Notes under the pieces: model-generated
What the model was told of the DNA's origin: nothing
What the model saw: the letters and a program-made list of their open reading frames with translations, nothing else
The model's database searches: none
From: Fimicolochytrium jonesii
Taxonomy: Eukaryota
Assembly: GCF_025526975.1 (NCBI RefSeq)
Contig: NW_026515668.1
Coordinates: 1,550,001-1,614,000, forward strand
DNA: 64,000 nucleotides
Direction of reading: 5' to 3'
Shown: piece after piece, positions 10,320 to 26,230 of the stretch
Layout of the letters: every line of letters starts with the position of its first letter
Numbering within the stretch: the first letter of the stretch is position 1
Program-made: the position numbers and the translations under genes

Positions 10320-12395
10320 CTACCACCTCCTGCCACCGTACCCACCACCACCTCCACCACGTCCACCGCGACCCCGACCGCCACCGCCACCTCCACCCCT
10401 CCAGCGACTGCCGCTTCCGCCACCGCCGCTTCCGCCACGGGCTCCGAGCATCTCGAGCTCGCTCGGAACGTCTTGGCCGGCGTCTTTGATGAGGGCGACG
10501 AGATCGCGAGCAGAGGCACGGTCTTGCTTGGAGGTGCGGGAGAAGAAGGTGTACGCCGTTCCTGTTGTGTCGGATCCACGAGCTGTAGGACGAGGGAGAG
10601 AGACAAAGATTAGTACAGGGCGTGACGAAAGGAGAGTATCTGTCCGCTCCAGATTGTAAAAAAACAGTTTCTTACCAGTACGACCGATACGATGGACGTA
10701 ATCTTCGACGTTGTTTGGGAAATCATAATCTGTAAGCGAGGAAAGAAGATGAAAATCAGTATGATGCGTGAGAGAAGCAAGCATTTCATGTGAAAGGAAG
10801 ATAGAGTGATACTCACTTATGACGAACAGCACATCCTTCACATCGAGACCACGAGCGGCAACGTCGGTAGCAACGAGAATAGGGCAGGCACCGGTCTTGA
10901 ACTCCCGAAGAGCCCAGTCACGCTGCTGTTGGTCCTTGTCACCGTGGATGGTCACGGCACCCCAGTTTTGCTCGTTCATCGCAGTAATCAGCTTGTCGCA
11001 AATGTACTTCTTGTTGCAAAAGATGACTGTCCTGCACATGACACGCGTAGCCTCAGGTTCTGGCAGCGAGTCCCAGATGGCCGCGAGGGTTTCCCACAGA
11101 GCAGCGTCCTTGTCGCCTTCGTCGACGACCTTGACGATCTGGTTGATACGCTTGTTGGCTTGAAGTTCCGTGGATCCGACCTGGACGGTGATGTGGTCGG
11201 AGGAAAGGAAGTCCCGTGCGAGCCTCTGGACGGACTTGGGCCATGTGGCAGACCAGAAAGTCATCTGCCTATCGGGGCGGATCTGGGCGAGAATGTCCCG
11301 AAGAGGTTGCTCGAAACCCATGTCCAGCATGCGGTCGGCTTCATCAAGGACAAGGTATGTAATACGGCGAAGCGTGGTCTTTCCGGCTTGCAAGAGATCT
11401 AACAGACGACCAGGAGTGGCAACCACAAAGTGAGGGCTGCGGTTCAGGTCACCGATCTGAGGTCCCTTGCTGGCACCTCCATACAGGCAAGCAGATCGAA
11501 TGCCGAGAGCTTGACCGTGACCCTTGACAACTTCGTGAATTTGGCAAGCCAGCTCACGAGTGGGAGCAAGAACCAACGCAATCGGTCCATCTCCACGCTC
11601 GACGGGGCGCTGAGCAAGGATGTGGATCAAAGAGGGCAAAACGAAGGAGAGGGTCTTGCCAGATCCAGTCTGGGCGATACCGACAACATTGCGGCCAGTG
11701 AGGGCCATGGGGAACCCTTGTGCTTGGATGGGAGTGGGAGCGTCGAAACCGCTGGCCTTCAGTTTGGCAAGCACAGCTTCGGGGAACCCAGCGGATGCGA
11801 ATGTGAGCATAGGCCTGTGAAAGGTGGGAAAGAGAGGGTAAGTTGGAGGCTCGGAATCAAACAAGGAAATAGAGAGACCAAACTCGCGACAAAGAGGTTG
11901 GGCTGCGTGTCGCTAACAAATGCGGTGAGGGGAGTATTGAGCCTTTGGCGCAATGTGGGTGCTCGCATCGCTCGCAAAAGATCTGACGCTCGCTGAGGCT
12001 CGGTAAGAGCCGTGATTAGGGGGTATTGCGCCTTTGGCGCAATGTGGCTCGCTCCGCTCGCACTGTGGTACTTACTTGGGAATGTTCTGACCGGTCAAGG
12101 TCATTCCGTGCTTTTTCCTGAACTCCGCGGCATCCTTGTCGGACATTTGCTCCAGAGCCCGGGCGTCGATGATGTCCATGAAGTTGCTCTTGAAGGGCTC
12201 CATATCCTTGAAGACAGGCCTTGACTCGTAGACGTGGTTGACGTCGTTGTGACGGCCACCGCCGCCGCCGGCACCACTACCACCCCTGCCACCGCCATAA
12301 CCCCCGCCTGAGGGACGACCGTAAGGCTGGAAGCGAGCGCCTCCGTAACTTCCGCCGCGACCGCCGCCGCCGCTGTTGTTTCCGTAACCTGGCAT
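10320..12395 (-). CDS. DBP2: DEAD-box RNA helicase of the Dbp2/p68 subfamily, 4 exons (introns 11815-12075, 10730-10816, 10583-10675)
   Basis: Q motif GFDAPTPIQAQG, AQTGSGKT, PTRELA, TPGRL, DEADRMLDMGF, SAT, ARGLD and HRIGRT, with RGG-rich termini. The splice sites restore the frame. Confidence 0.9.
11934..12062. repeat. Two about 40-nt direct repeats, each containing a hairpin, inside DBP2 intron 1
   Basis: Copies at 11934-11976 and 12023-12062 share GTATTGxGCCTTTGGCGCAATGTGG...GCTCGC...GCTCGCA. Confidence 0.8.
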
Positions 12396-13504
12396 TGCTT
12401 GTTGTCTTGTGTGTTGGAGGTTACTTTTGGGGAAGTAGGATATGTGTGGGAAAACAGGCCAGGAAATGGGAATGGGAAGCAAGGAAGAAGAAAAACGCAG
12501 GTTCCCCGTCTCTTATGGGGACGTTTGGGCTCTTCTCTTTTCTCTTTCTGGCTGGAAGATCCTGCGCTCGCGTACCGACGGACAGACGCCCGGGTTATTA
12601 TTTATCCCGCACTTATGCTGACAGAAGCGACACATAACCTTATAGTAAGTCCCTGATCTCCGTTTGGAATGCGCGGATCCTGCTCAAAGGGATTGCCCAT
12701 GCACTGCGCTTCACTGAGAGATTGCGATATAACTTGCTCTGAGTCACGTGCTCGCCCGTGCCCTGCGAAGGCCTCACCAACCTCGTCACCAGTCGGGAAT
12801 GGACTTCTTAACGCGACACTCCTTGTAACATTTTCGCATTGAGTTGCTATTGCTATTCCCGCGTTCACCTCCATCGATGTCTCAAAGCCTGATCCGTTCG
12901 GTTTGGAACTCCAAAACTTAACGCCTTCTTCCATTGCCACTCGGCATATGTATAACTACTTTGACCGGGGTAGATTTCAAGTGCCGCTTGACGTTCATTT
13001 GGAAGAAACGCTGTTGTGAGAAGGATGTCTGGGAGCGCTGCGCGTGTGCTCTGGGGTATACTCGTGAGAATGAGCAAGGCATGGATGGTGTCGCTTTCCA
13101 TCAAAAGACCAAGGGCGCTAAACAAACGGATAAATGGCATAAACAGAAGCTAATCAAAGGGAAGAAGCGCCAGACCAAAGCCACCCCCCTCCCATATCGC
13201 AATTGACGGCAGCGGTCCATACAGAGTAACTTGAACGGCTTCTCCGGCCCTCCGGTGCTGCAACACCCAACAGGCACCCACTGCAAACAAACGCAGCCGG
13301 CTCCGCAGGACCTAACATAGCAGCAGCATAAGGCACAAAGGGCAGGCGCCAAGCAACTACGCAAGCGAGAGTCCTGCAATTCCTAGAGTCACTCTCGGTC
13401 GTGTCCACTTGCCGCACGAAGAGAACTAGCTCCGTGCTATCCGAAAGTCTCGCAGGTGGCCATTACTCGACACCCAGGTTAACGAACACATTGGGACTTT
13501 CGCC

Positions 13505-16341
<2,837 letters not shown>

Positions 16342-17063
16342 TCGCTCTCCCAAATCATAATCCCTCCAACGGCCCGAAAGACATCCGGCCCGTCACCAAT
16401 TGCAACCATCTTACTGTCTCCTTGCATTTGCTTCGCGGAAAAAATTTTTGTACCTACTCGAAAGGTCCCCGTTTCCCATCCATCCCTCATTTGCCCCGCC
16501 TGCCATTGGTGGCGCGCCATCCCCACTCCTCATTCGCTTTACCCCGAGGCCCCTTAGCAGTCGCTACCCCGCTGCTCGGGCTCAAAAGAGACTCATTTCC
16601 GATATGGGATCTTGTGTATATCTCGCTCCCTGCCCCCCACTTACTCCTTTTATATATCCCTCACCTACATTTTCTTCCTTTCCGAGGTGCGAAATAGAAC
16701 TTTATCGTATACCTTCTGGACATTGGCTGTTTTTCTTTGAGGGGAGTTGGAAGGAAATCTTATCGCGACCTATCAGTGTTCAAAATGTGGAGCCCTCAAA
16801 AGAACTCCTTTTGGGAGTCAAATCGATATCAACGGCAAAGTGTTTGAGATCATCCCGATGCCTTGCGAAAAAAAACTGACATGCACGCTTCCAAAATGTA
16901 TTAGACAAGGCCGAATACCCGGCGTATAGTAAAATGCTGGCCCCAAATCGTACGTGCGCATCAGAAAGCACTATAGTGTCTACCGACCGCGTTCGGCCGA
17001 GGGGGTCACATGTTGATGGATGCGAGAGGGGGCCCAAGTGCCACCGCCTCTGCTTCGCACGCA

Positions 17064-20000
17064 TCAAGCCCTCAATATCGCCTCGACGCTCTCCGCATAC
17101 AATCCCGCGAGATGTCCCGCGTACGTCTTTGTCGACACGACGCACTGCGTGAGCGACGGTTCGAACTTGAACTCGCTGAGGAAGAGCATGCCGTCGGACA
17201 GACGCGCGGATGTGTACAGGAGGTGCTGGGTTTTCGGGGGGGGGGGGGGGGGGGGCGGGGGGGAGGGGAAATTAAAAGAGAGTGTCAGTTCCAGTTCCCC
17301 TTTTTCCTTTCCGTTACCAAAAGATCGAGACCACCTCCACGCCCGATACAAAAAAACACAACTCAACTCACCACCCCATCCAATACCCTCACAGCAACTC
17401 CGAAAACCCCACTCCCCGCCAACCGTCCCTTAACCCCCTCCACGCCCCCCTCCGCCCGCACCCCACCCACGACCCGTCTCGTCTCCCCGCCATCGCCCAC
17501 CTCCTTCCAGATCCTCAACCACGTCTGCTGGTCCAGCGCGCCGGACTCAGTGAAGAGGATGTGGAGGGGGATGGAGGCTTGGAAGTAGACTATTGCTACT
17601 GAGGTTTTTACTGCTACTTGGAGGTCTGTGGAAAGAGAATGGGGTGGGGTTAGTAAGGGCAGGGGAGGACTTTTTTGAGGGAGGGGGGACGTACTGTTGA
17701 TGGGATCAGAGGGCTGTGGAAGCCCTTCGATGCGCATGGGGAGGCTGGTTTCGATGGAGGCGTTGGGGAAGAGGGGTGAGCGGATGTCGAGGGTGCCGGG
17801 GACTAGGCTGAAGCTGTATGTTTGTCGAAGCAGAAGAACTATCAGCAAATGTGGTCGGCACAGACAAGTACGGACGAGGGGGGGAGGTTTACCTGTTTTT
17901 GTTGAACAGCATCCCTGAAACTGTCAACGGCTGCAACGCCTTATTCGTCAACGTCATATCCAAGTACGGAACGCCCTGTCGTCTCGAGACTACCCAAAAC
18001 AAAAACACAACAATAAGCAGTTACTCCGTCTCTCAAATCACAATCAAAACCTACGAAATACTCACAAGTCCCCAAAATCTCCAACCCCTTCCCCGCCGCC
18101 GCATTCAACAGCTGCACTTTCGGCGCGACATAGTTCGCGTGCAGGGATAGAGACAGCGAGGCGAGGTCGCCGGTGGGGCCGGCGAGGTTGAGGCCTGAGA
18201 GGCCCTTGGTGAGGGATGGGAGGGTAGAGGAATGTGGCTGGGCTGCGGGTGCGGGTGCCGCTTGTTGTCGTTGTTGTTGCTGTTGTTGTGTCGTGGATGT
18301 GGTAGACAATCCACCGCTGCCGGTGTTGGAAGCTGTTTTGGCGAACGGGTCCAGTGTGGCGAGAGGGTTGGATGCGATGGCCGAGGATGATTGGGGTGCA
18401 GGTGTAGGCTGGGGTTGAGACTGCTGCGGTTGGGGCCCCAACAGGGAGTTCATGTTGCCGAAGGATGAAGAGGGCGGTAACGATGCTGCGAAGGGGTTGT
18501 TTGCGCTGCTCGCCACATTGGCGTATGCAGACGGCGCGTTGTTACCGCCGTCCAAAAGTCCACCCAGTCCACCAAGTGCATCGTATCCCATCCCACCACC
18601 CTGCCCATACGATTGCTGTCCATACTGCTGTTGTTGACCATACTGCTGCTGTTGCTGCCCATACCCCTGTTGCTGCCCATAGCCCTGTTGCTGTCCATAC
18701 CCCTGCTGGGCCCCACCCCCCAAATAATCACCACTCTGTTGCGTCGCTACCCCACCCCCAAGCCCGCCAAACGCCATCCCCGCCAACCCACTCGAATCCG
18801 CGCTGACGTCTCCGAACGCCCCGCCGACGTCGACGCCGGTGTCTTCATACCCGCCGATGTCGAGGTCGAGGAGGTCGTTGAGGTTGCCGGCTGGACCGCC
18901 GGGGTGGGGAGAGAGGAGCGTGTCTTCTGTGTAGGGGTTGTTCATTGCGCCTGTTGCGTATGGGTTCGAGTCGCTAAAGAGAAATACTGATTGTTAGCCA
19001 TACTTCCTCCGCGGGGGAGATATAACCATGCAAAAGCGGTATGTAACCCCAACTCACCCCGGCATATCCTGAGGCAACTCCGGCCTCGACACCATCCGAT
19101 CCACCAACGCCCTACTCTTCACCAGCTTCCTCGTCTTGATCCCCCCAATAAAGCTCGTGGCCGGTTTATGATATATACTCGCCAACGTCGACACATGCAG
19201 CAGCAGCTCTTGCAGCAACGGGCCGTCAATGTTGTCCGTCTCGGTCGAAATGGCCGGTTTGTCGGAGAGGATGATGGCTTTTGCGGCGACGGGGTCGGTG
19301 GAGAGGAGCCGCCAGTAGATGAAGCCGCGGTCACGGAGGTCCGGGTTATCGCTTTCCTCTGTTGCGTATTTCAATACCTTCGGAACCAACTCTTGTCCGA
19401 CACTTGGGCGTTTGATGAACAGTTTGACGATGGCGGTGAGGAGGGCCAATTGGACTTCCGAGGTTTCTTCCTGGAATTTGCCGAGGAACTGGTCCAGCAG
19501 CTCGTCGGCGTTGTCGATGCGGTCGGCGTATTGCCCGATGATCCAGATCATGGAGCCTTTGGCGTCGGGCTCGTCGAGGGAGTCGAGGTTTTCGCACAGG
19601 GTGCCGATGATGGATTCGTAGCGGTTGGGGTATTTGCGGAATATGTCCTTTGGAAGATCGAAGGGGTTATTTGACTGCATCTTCGGTCACACCAGATGTT
19701 GTCCCAGAAATGTCCTCATACCTTGATGACAACAATCGCCTCCTGCACGACATAATTGACCTTTGTCTGAATCAAATCCACCAGCACCCCAATACATTTA
19801 TCCGCCGCACTCTCAATCTTAATCGCACACCGTCCAATGCTCCTAACCGCTTTCCTCACGAAATCCACATCCACCTCCGAACTATACTCCTTCAACTCCG
19901 GCAACACTTCATCGATGTTAGTGTCCTTTGCAAGGCGGACCATGATCTCCAGTTTGGCCATCTTGACGTAGATGGGGTCGTTGTATTTGCAGAAGAAGAC

Positions 20001-21287
20001 TTTGAGCTCGTTTTTGAGCGCGTCGGGTTTTCGTTGGAGGAGGAGGAGGATGTTGCGGAGGGCGACGTATTGGACTTCGGGGCCGCCGTGAAGGAGGGTT
20101 ACTGCGTGGGAGGTTTGAGAGTGTGAATTCGGAGGCAGGCGCGCATCAGAGCAGTTAAAGTACCCCTTTGACATACCTAATGGTGGACCCAATTTCTTCA
20201 ACAGAGTATTCACAACGTCGTCTTTCGCAATGTAGTTCGTCAAGAAGAGAATGACACGGACAGCCGTCATGACAACCGCCGAATTCGCGTGTTGGAGTCG
20301 CGGACTGATTCGATCAGCTAAAAGCTCGGCGTCCTCCGACTCTTGCGGGACGACGCGCATGATGGCGTCCAGAAGGAACGCTTGACCCCATCTGTGCGCC
20401 ATGAGAGTTAATTTTGCGAGAACAGGTCGTGGGTTGCGAGCAATGCGCGTGTGTGATGTCTTACTCTGAGCTTTCGTTCAGTGCTGTGAGCAACTTGTTT
20501 CCTTGCGAGACATCCAGGACGAATTCGTACGTCTCTGATCTGTCGGAGATCTCCATTAAAGCTGCTACCGCGTTGGCCACTACCTAGATACCGCGAAAAT
20601 AGATGAGTCAGACGTCATGTTGGGAAAAGGCCGTTCCCCGTCCCTCTTCCGTCGGGCCATACCGTGGAATTCTCGTGGTTCAGCAAACCCTTCAGCTGCT
20701 CCAAAAGCCCCTCCTTCTCGACAAGTTCTCGGTTATGAACATACAGCTTCGCCACGCATATCGCCGCTGTTTTGGCCACATATGGGTCCTTATCCTGAAG
20801 CGCGCGATTAAGCGGACGAAGCAGTTCGTCCAAGATCCTATCGACATGTATGTATCCCATCGTCCTGATTGCGAGGGCCCGAATGAGCGGATTTGGGTCT
20901 TCCGCGTCCCTAGCCAAGCTGTTGACAGCCATGACGGCCAGATCCGGTTTGCTCCTCGCGTAATTGATGAGGTAGAGGTACACCATCTTTTTTACTTCGA
21001 CTATTGGCACGTTCATGCAGCCCACGACGTCGGGGAAGAGAGGCGACATGTCGTTCCCCATTGTCATATTAGCAACAATTTTCTTCATGGCTGTTCGCTT
21101 TTTGGTGTGCTTCGGGTCTTTGCGGTCGCCCGCCAGCTCCGTACGGAGGTCATGTATCTTTCCTATAGGTGTGAGAAGCGAAATGAGACTGCTGTCGCGT
21201 TTCCGAGGGGACTTTACGGAGGGGTAAAGAAAGACACGAGAACACAGCGGAATGAATACCTCTTTGAAAGTATTTTGCGTCGGACAT
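17064..21287 (-). CDS. APL1: AP-2 adaptor complex beta subunit (beta-adaptin) with hinge and appendage, multi-exon
   Basis: The spliced N-terminus reads [30 protein letters not shown], followed by [14 protein letters not shown] and [15 protein letters not shown]. The hinge has LLDLD, NPF and DPF motifs; the ear has [14 protein letters not shown]. Confidence 0.88.
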
Positions 21288-21786
21288 TTTCGCAGACTCT
21301 TCTGTGGACGGCTATTCGGTTTCTGACGCGATGTTTGGACGTGCAAGATGGGACCTGGGGATGGAATGAAGGCGCTGGGCTGGCGTTGAGCAGACTGAAA
21401 CGAACAGTAGGACGACGGGTAGTTTTTCCCAAGCGGAGCTCCTTTCTACTATGCGAGCGGGAAGCCCGTACGTGTGTTGTTGGTTGGGCGGTCAGTGCCA
21501 AAAACGCAGCGTCGTGGGACGGTTCGATAGGGTACAGAACGCTTCTCACGCGAAAGGCTTGAAGCCGCTTCCGAATCAGCTTCCGAATGATGAGATGTGA
21601 GTTGAGAGAGTGACAGGGAAGGACACAAAGGAAAGGGCCGGTGACTTAAACCCACTCTCACCGAGCACGTGACGGAAATACAACTGGCGCGGAGGCGAGC
21701 GAGCGAGGCATTCCGTGTGCCTTCAACGGGCCAGCCGATTGCTCGCTCCCTTTCGCCTGTACACTAACAACGTCATCCTATACAAG

Positions 21787-22684
21787 ATGGTATGTACGCA
21801 CACACAGGCACACGCTATCCGCGACAGGGACGACGGAGCGAGCATACGAGCGGCGGGGACGATAGAGATGGATGGATGGATGGATGGGAGGTCGATTCGC
21901 AGGGTGGATGGACTTGTCGGAATGGATTTAGGGCTGGTCGAATGAAGGGCGACATTCCCACGCCGACGAATGTCTCTCGACGACACCGCAAGAGGGGAGA
22001 GTGGAAGAGGAAGCCAGCAGGTTGTTGCCGTCACTCAGCGTCGCGAGGGGAGAGGGGAATGTAGGCGTCTCGGAATGCCTTGGGGAGGGAATCGGCATTT
22101 CCCGTGGTGGAGACTCGGGGGAGCATGTTTCACAGGGAGCAGTCTTTTAACCTCGTCTTCCGTGGCATTCATAGGCTAAGGCGGCAGCACCAGCGAAGCC
22201 CACCTCTGGTGGCGGTAAGGCTAAGAAGAAGGTACGTTGCCCATTTTCGTGTGGCAGCCATTTCCTTTTTGGGGGCCGAAATTCATACGTCTCTTCCCCT
22301 TGGCGAGTAGAAGTGGTCCAAGGGAAAGGTGAAGGACAAGGCCAACAACGCCGTTGTCTTCGACAAGCCTACCTACGACAAGCTCTTCAAGGAGGTCCAG
22401 ACCTACAAGCTCATTACCCCCTCCGTGTTGGTCGACCGTCTGAGGATCAACGGCTCCCTTGCCCGTGTCGCTATCCGTGAACTCGAGCACCAGGGTATCA
22501 TCCGTCTCGTCTCTGGCCACAAGTCCCAGCTTATCTACACTCGTGCTACCAAGGTTTGTCTTATGTCGTGACATTGAAGACTGCATTTGAATTTTAGTTG
22601 CTTACTATTTCGTTCCTTGTTACTTCGCAGGCTGAGGATGCCGCTGAGGAGAAGCCAAAGAAGGAGACTGCTGACGAAGAGTAG
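21787..22684 (+). CDS. RPS25: 40S ribosomal protein S25 (eS25), 4 exons (ATG-only exon 21787-21789; 22175-22231; 22311-22553; 22631-22684)
   Basis: [37 protein letters not shown]...[28 protein letters not shown] donor and canonical acceptors. Confidence 0.95.
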
Positions 22685-23224
22685 ATCTTCTGCTTGTACA
22701 TTTTGAAATTCAATGAGCATTCGTTTTGTCTACGCCTACTTTTACTTGGTTGGATCGGGTTACAGCTGTGGATCGAGGTCAGGTGGCATATAATTGCGGA
22801 GGACGCGGAGGAAGGACGGGATGTTGGACATGGTTGTGGAGTGGCCTTGAGAATTTGAGAGGAGGTCCTTATGACAGGGTCTCTGTACGCTCGTGGGATG
22901 ACAGGTAGGAACGTGAGGGTTGTACTACCTCTGGTCTCCATCCGCTCAATGGTCCACCTCATTTCTGTCGTCCTGATTGTTGCCTCGACGGCACCAGCAT
23001 CGTGTTCCTCAACGCATGTGTGTACCCATCAGCATACAAGGGCATGTGCTCCGCCGATGTTTTTCCACACTCGACCCACACACGCAAGTTCGTTTCAATT
23101 ACTTCACATTAAGCAAGATATCAAAGTGACTACTTTCTCTATCTGCAAGACCTGCATTGAAGCGTCCACACCATCCCCTCCGACCCATTGATCCCCTCAC
23201 AATATGAACGGCCTTCATCATAGT

Positions 23225-26200
23225 CTACTGAGCAGCCAAAGCAGCATTGGTCCTCGTCCCAAACTGATTTGTAGTAGGCAACGGTGGCAAATCCGGCATC
23301 CCCTTCCCACCAGCAAACGCGTTTGCTGAGGGCTTTCCACCCGCCGGTACACGCGTGGTCGTCACGTACGCGCGTCCCTGTGTGCCTTCCGACCCAAACG
23401 CTGCATGCCTGGCCCCAGATCCATCGCGCTGACGTTGCGGGGCAGAGTCCCCTCCAATTGTGAAGGAAACATGTTTCTGCGCCGGTTTGGCGCCGCTCGC
23501 GGCTTCCCGGGGGCGTTGAGCGGGTGCAGCGTTACCGTCCACCGCGGCGGTCTCGGGTGCGTTGCGGAGACTTTCCCAGGCGCTGGTTGCGAAGGCGGTT
23601 GGGTTGGCCGTTGTTTGAGATGCGGTGTATTGTTGATGACCACCCGATGGAGCGTACGGCTGGTAGGATAGTTGCGCAGGCGGGTGGGTATAGGTGCCAC
23701 CGGTGTTCGTGTCCGTCCCGTTGCGGAGTTGGGATAGGATGTCGGCCGCGGCGCCTTCGGGGTTCTTCCTCCAAACGTTCTCTGTTGGCTGCTGCTGCTG
23801 CTGCTGGGATGCAACCGCCGCATTGTGGCCGAACGCATTTCCGCCAAAATCGGTATCCTGGGCGAACCCATTTTGCCGGGTGTATGCGTTTTGGGATGTC
23901 GCAACACCCTGGCCCGGCTGCTCTTCCAGGTTGAAATTGCGAAGCCTCGCCAGAACATCCTCAGGTCCCTTCCAAGTAGGTTCCGCAGACGTTTCTGTCT
24001 GCGTAACATCAACAATCGAAGCAGGTCCCACACCGGGCTGAGACACGGGAAGAGGTTCGCCTCTCACCAAGATCTCCTCCTGCCAGTCATGAAGGGCAGG
24101 ACCGGGCGTCGGGGGTTTCGCAACGGGTTGGGCTGCCCCAGCAGCGATCTGCCCCGCGATAGCATCCGCGTTGTGTTTGGGGAACATGTCCGGGTGCTCG
24201 CCCATGAACTTGATCGCAAAGTCGTCCGCGCCGGTGATGATGAAGGGGTGGTGGAAGAAGACCAGTTGCTCGCCTAATACAATAGGATCAGTTGGATTCA
24301 CTACTCAGAGAAATATGATTGTTTTGTCTTACCGATCGCGAAATCCTGCGTAGTATAAAGCCCCGACCCATCCGGCTTCCTAATCCGCCCCTTCTCCAAG
24401 AACTTGCCCCCCATCAATCCCGTATTCCTCGACTTTGGCTCAAACACGCTGATCGTATCGTCCGCGACATACAAACTAACCACAAACGTGCGGTCCTTAT
24501 CGACCTGCCGCGGGGAGTTCATTTTCGCCGAGAACCGCAGCGTGGTCGTGTCGTACAGCATCAGTTTCTGGAAATCGGTTTTGGGCGCTATGGCGGTTCC
24601 GATCATCGGGATCGCGGCGCGGGAGAGGGTGGCGGTGGTCGTGTTGGCGGGGGTTAGAGGCGACGGGGGCAGGAGCAGCTCGTAGTTGGCGGCCACCGCG
24701 GACGCCGGGATGAGCGGTTGTTCCGGTACAGGCTCGTAATCCTCGATCCTGACGGGGTCAAAGGTCTCGATGCCATATTTCTGATTATAGTACTCCCTCG
24801 TAAACTCATCACAATCACACACGATGAACGGGCGTCCGTACAGGTGCAACACAGCCCCGATCAAAAAATCACGTTCGTTGAAGTAATCCCCCTCGTTCAG
24901 ATGCGCATCCGGTTGCCCGTACAACGTAACCGGCATCCGCTTCGGCAGCTTACTCCTCCTCAAAAACAGCGTGTTGGCGTCCCGGCCGGCGTTGGCAGGG
25001 ATATGCTCGCGGATCTCCACCGTGTCGTCGGAGAGGTAGTAGTGCACGACCATGTGGCGGAGGTCACCGAAAACGGATTGGGTGTCGTCCCAGACGCAGA
25101 AGAAGCGGAGGACGCGGCGGTCGTTTTCAAGGAATTTTTTGAGCGAGGTTTGCGGGGGGCGAGGGCGCGTGGCTTTCATGCGGGAGGCGAGCTCTTGGCG
25201 GTGTAAAGTGTAGGGGTCTGTGGGGAAGGAGCCGGCTGGGGGGACGGCGACTCCGATTCTGTTGAGGAAGTCCTGGGACACATTTTGCCTTAGACAGGAA
25301 ATCGAAAAATGACTTCCTATCGTCGACTTACCTTGGTGAATTTGTCACAACCAATAATCTTGAACGTCCGAGAATAGAATGTGACCTCGTTCCCGACGTT
25401 GAAATCCGAGACGGTATAGTGCTGGCCGATCTCAGAATCCGGCTTGGGGATCCTGTGACGTCGCAGCAAGGTGCCTATAAATGCGCCGTCAGTCTTCCAT
25501 CCGCTTAAGGTCCCTCAAAAGACAGGCGAAATATTACCCTGTGGGATGCCACTGTTCACAGTCCGGGGCTCGCTGACATGGACAGAATCATCCTCCAAAT
25601 AAAAGTAGATGTTCACCCTATTCGGAGGCGATGTAAACACATTTTGCTCCAGAAGTCTACAGTGATGAGCTCCACCTACTTGCGGACTCGGTACTGCTCC
25701 TCCCGCTTCTCATGCACAGCTTCCTGGAAGTAAGCATAGAAGCGAAGAACCTAGACACAACCCAGCATGAGACCGCATGCTTTGCACGGTAATAAATCGC
25801 CATCGTGGCCGTGTGTACATACCTTCCTGTCAAAGGCAACCCAAGACGGCACACCATCGCTTGCATCATTACTTTGCGGGTACACATCGATGGAGGTGTG
25901 GATCTTACTCTCCTGTTGGCCGGGGAGTGGAATGCCGCCTTTGGGAAAAATTATTGTCATGGGGTTCCCTATTATCAGGCGCTTCAAGATTATGCTGACC
26001 GTACCTATGCCTGGAGCAGCCTTGTTGACGGCCACTCCGTTCGTGTAGTCGAATGCGTGGGATTTGCGTTCATTATGCCTGGCCTGAATAAGTGGAGACC
26101 GGAATGAGCATCAATATGTGATGCGATACGCTTTGTATGGTCGCTCAATCCTTACCTTCTCAAGATCGAACTGATAACCAGGTAGGAACGGTAGCTTATG

Positions 26201-26230
26201 CTGCAACGCCACGAGTGCCGGGTCCCGCAT
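23225..26230 (-). CDS. EFHC1: EFHC1/RIB72-like axonemal microtubule inner protein with three DM10 domains, multi-exon
   Basis: N-terminal LPFLPG. DM10 starts at WVAFDRKVLRFYAYFQE, VLRFFCVWDD..HYYLSDDTVEI and LRFSAKM..FVVSLYVADDTISVFE..GGKFLEK. Confidence 0.88.

Noticed and set aside
17236..17268. Poly-G run read as poly-Pro or poly-Gly in ORFs
   Set aside because: It falls in the pyrimidine tract of the last AP-2 beta intron. Similar poly-C runs at about 1037-1060 and 46297-46315 are non-coding.
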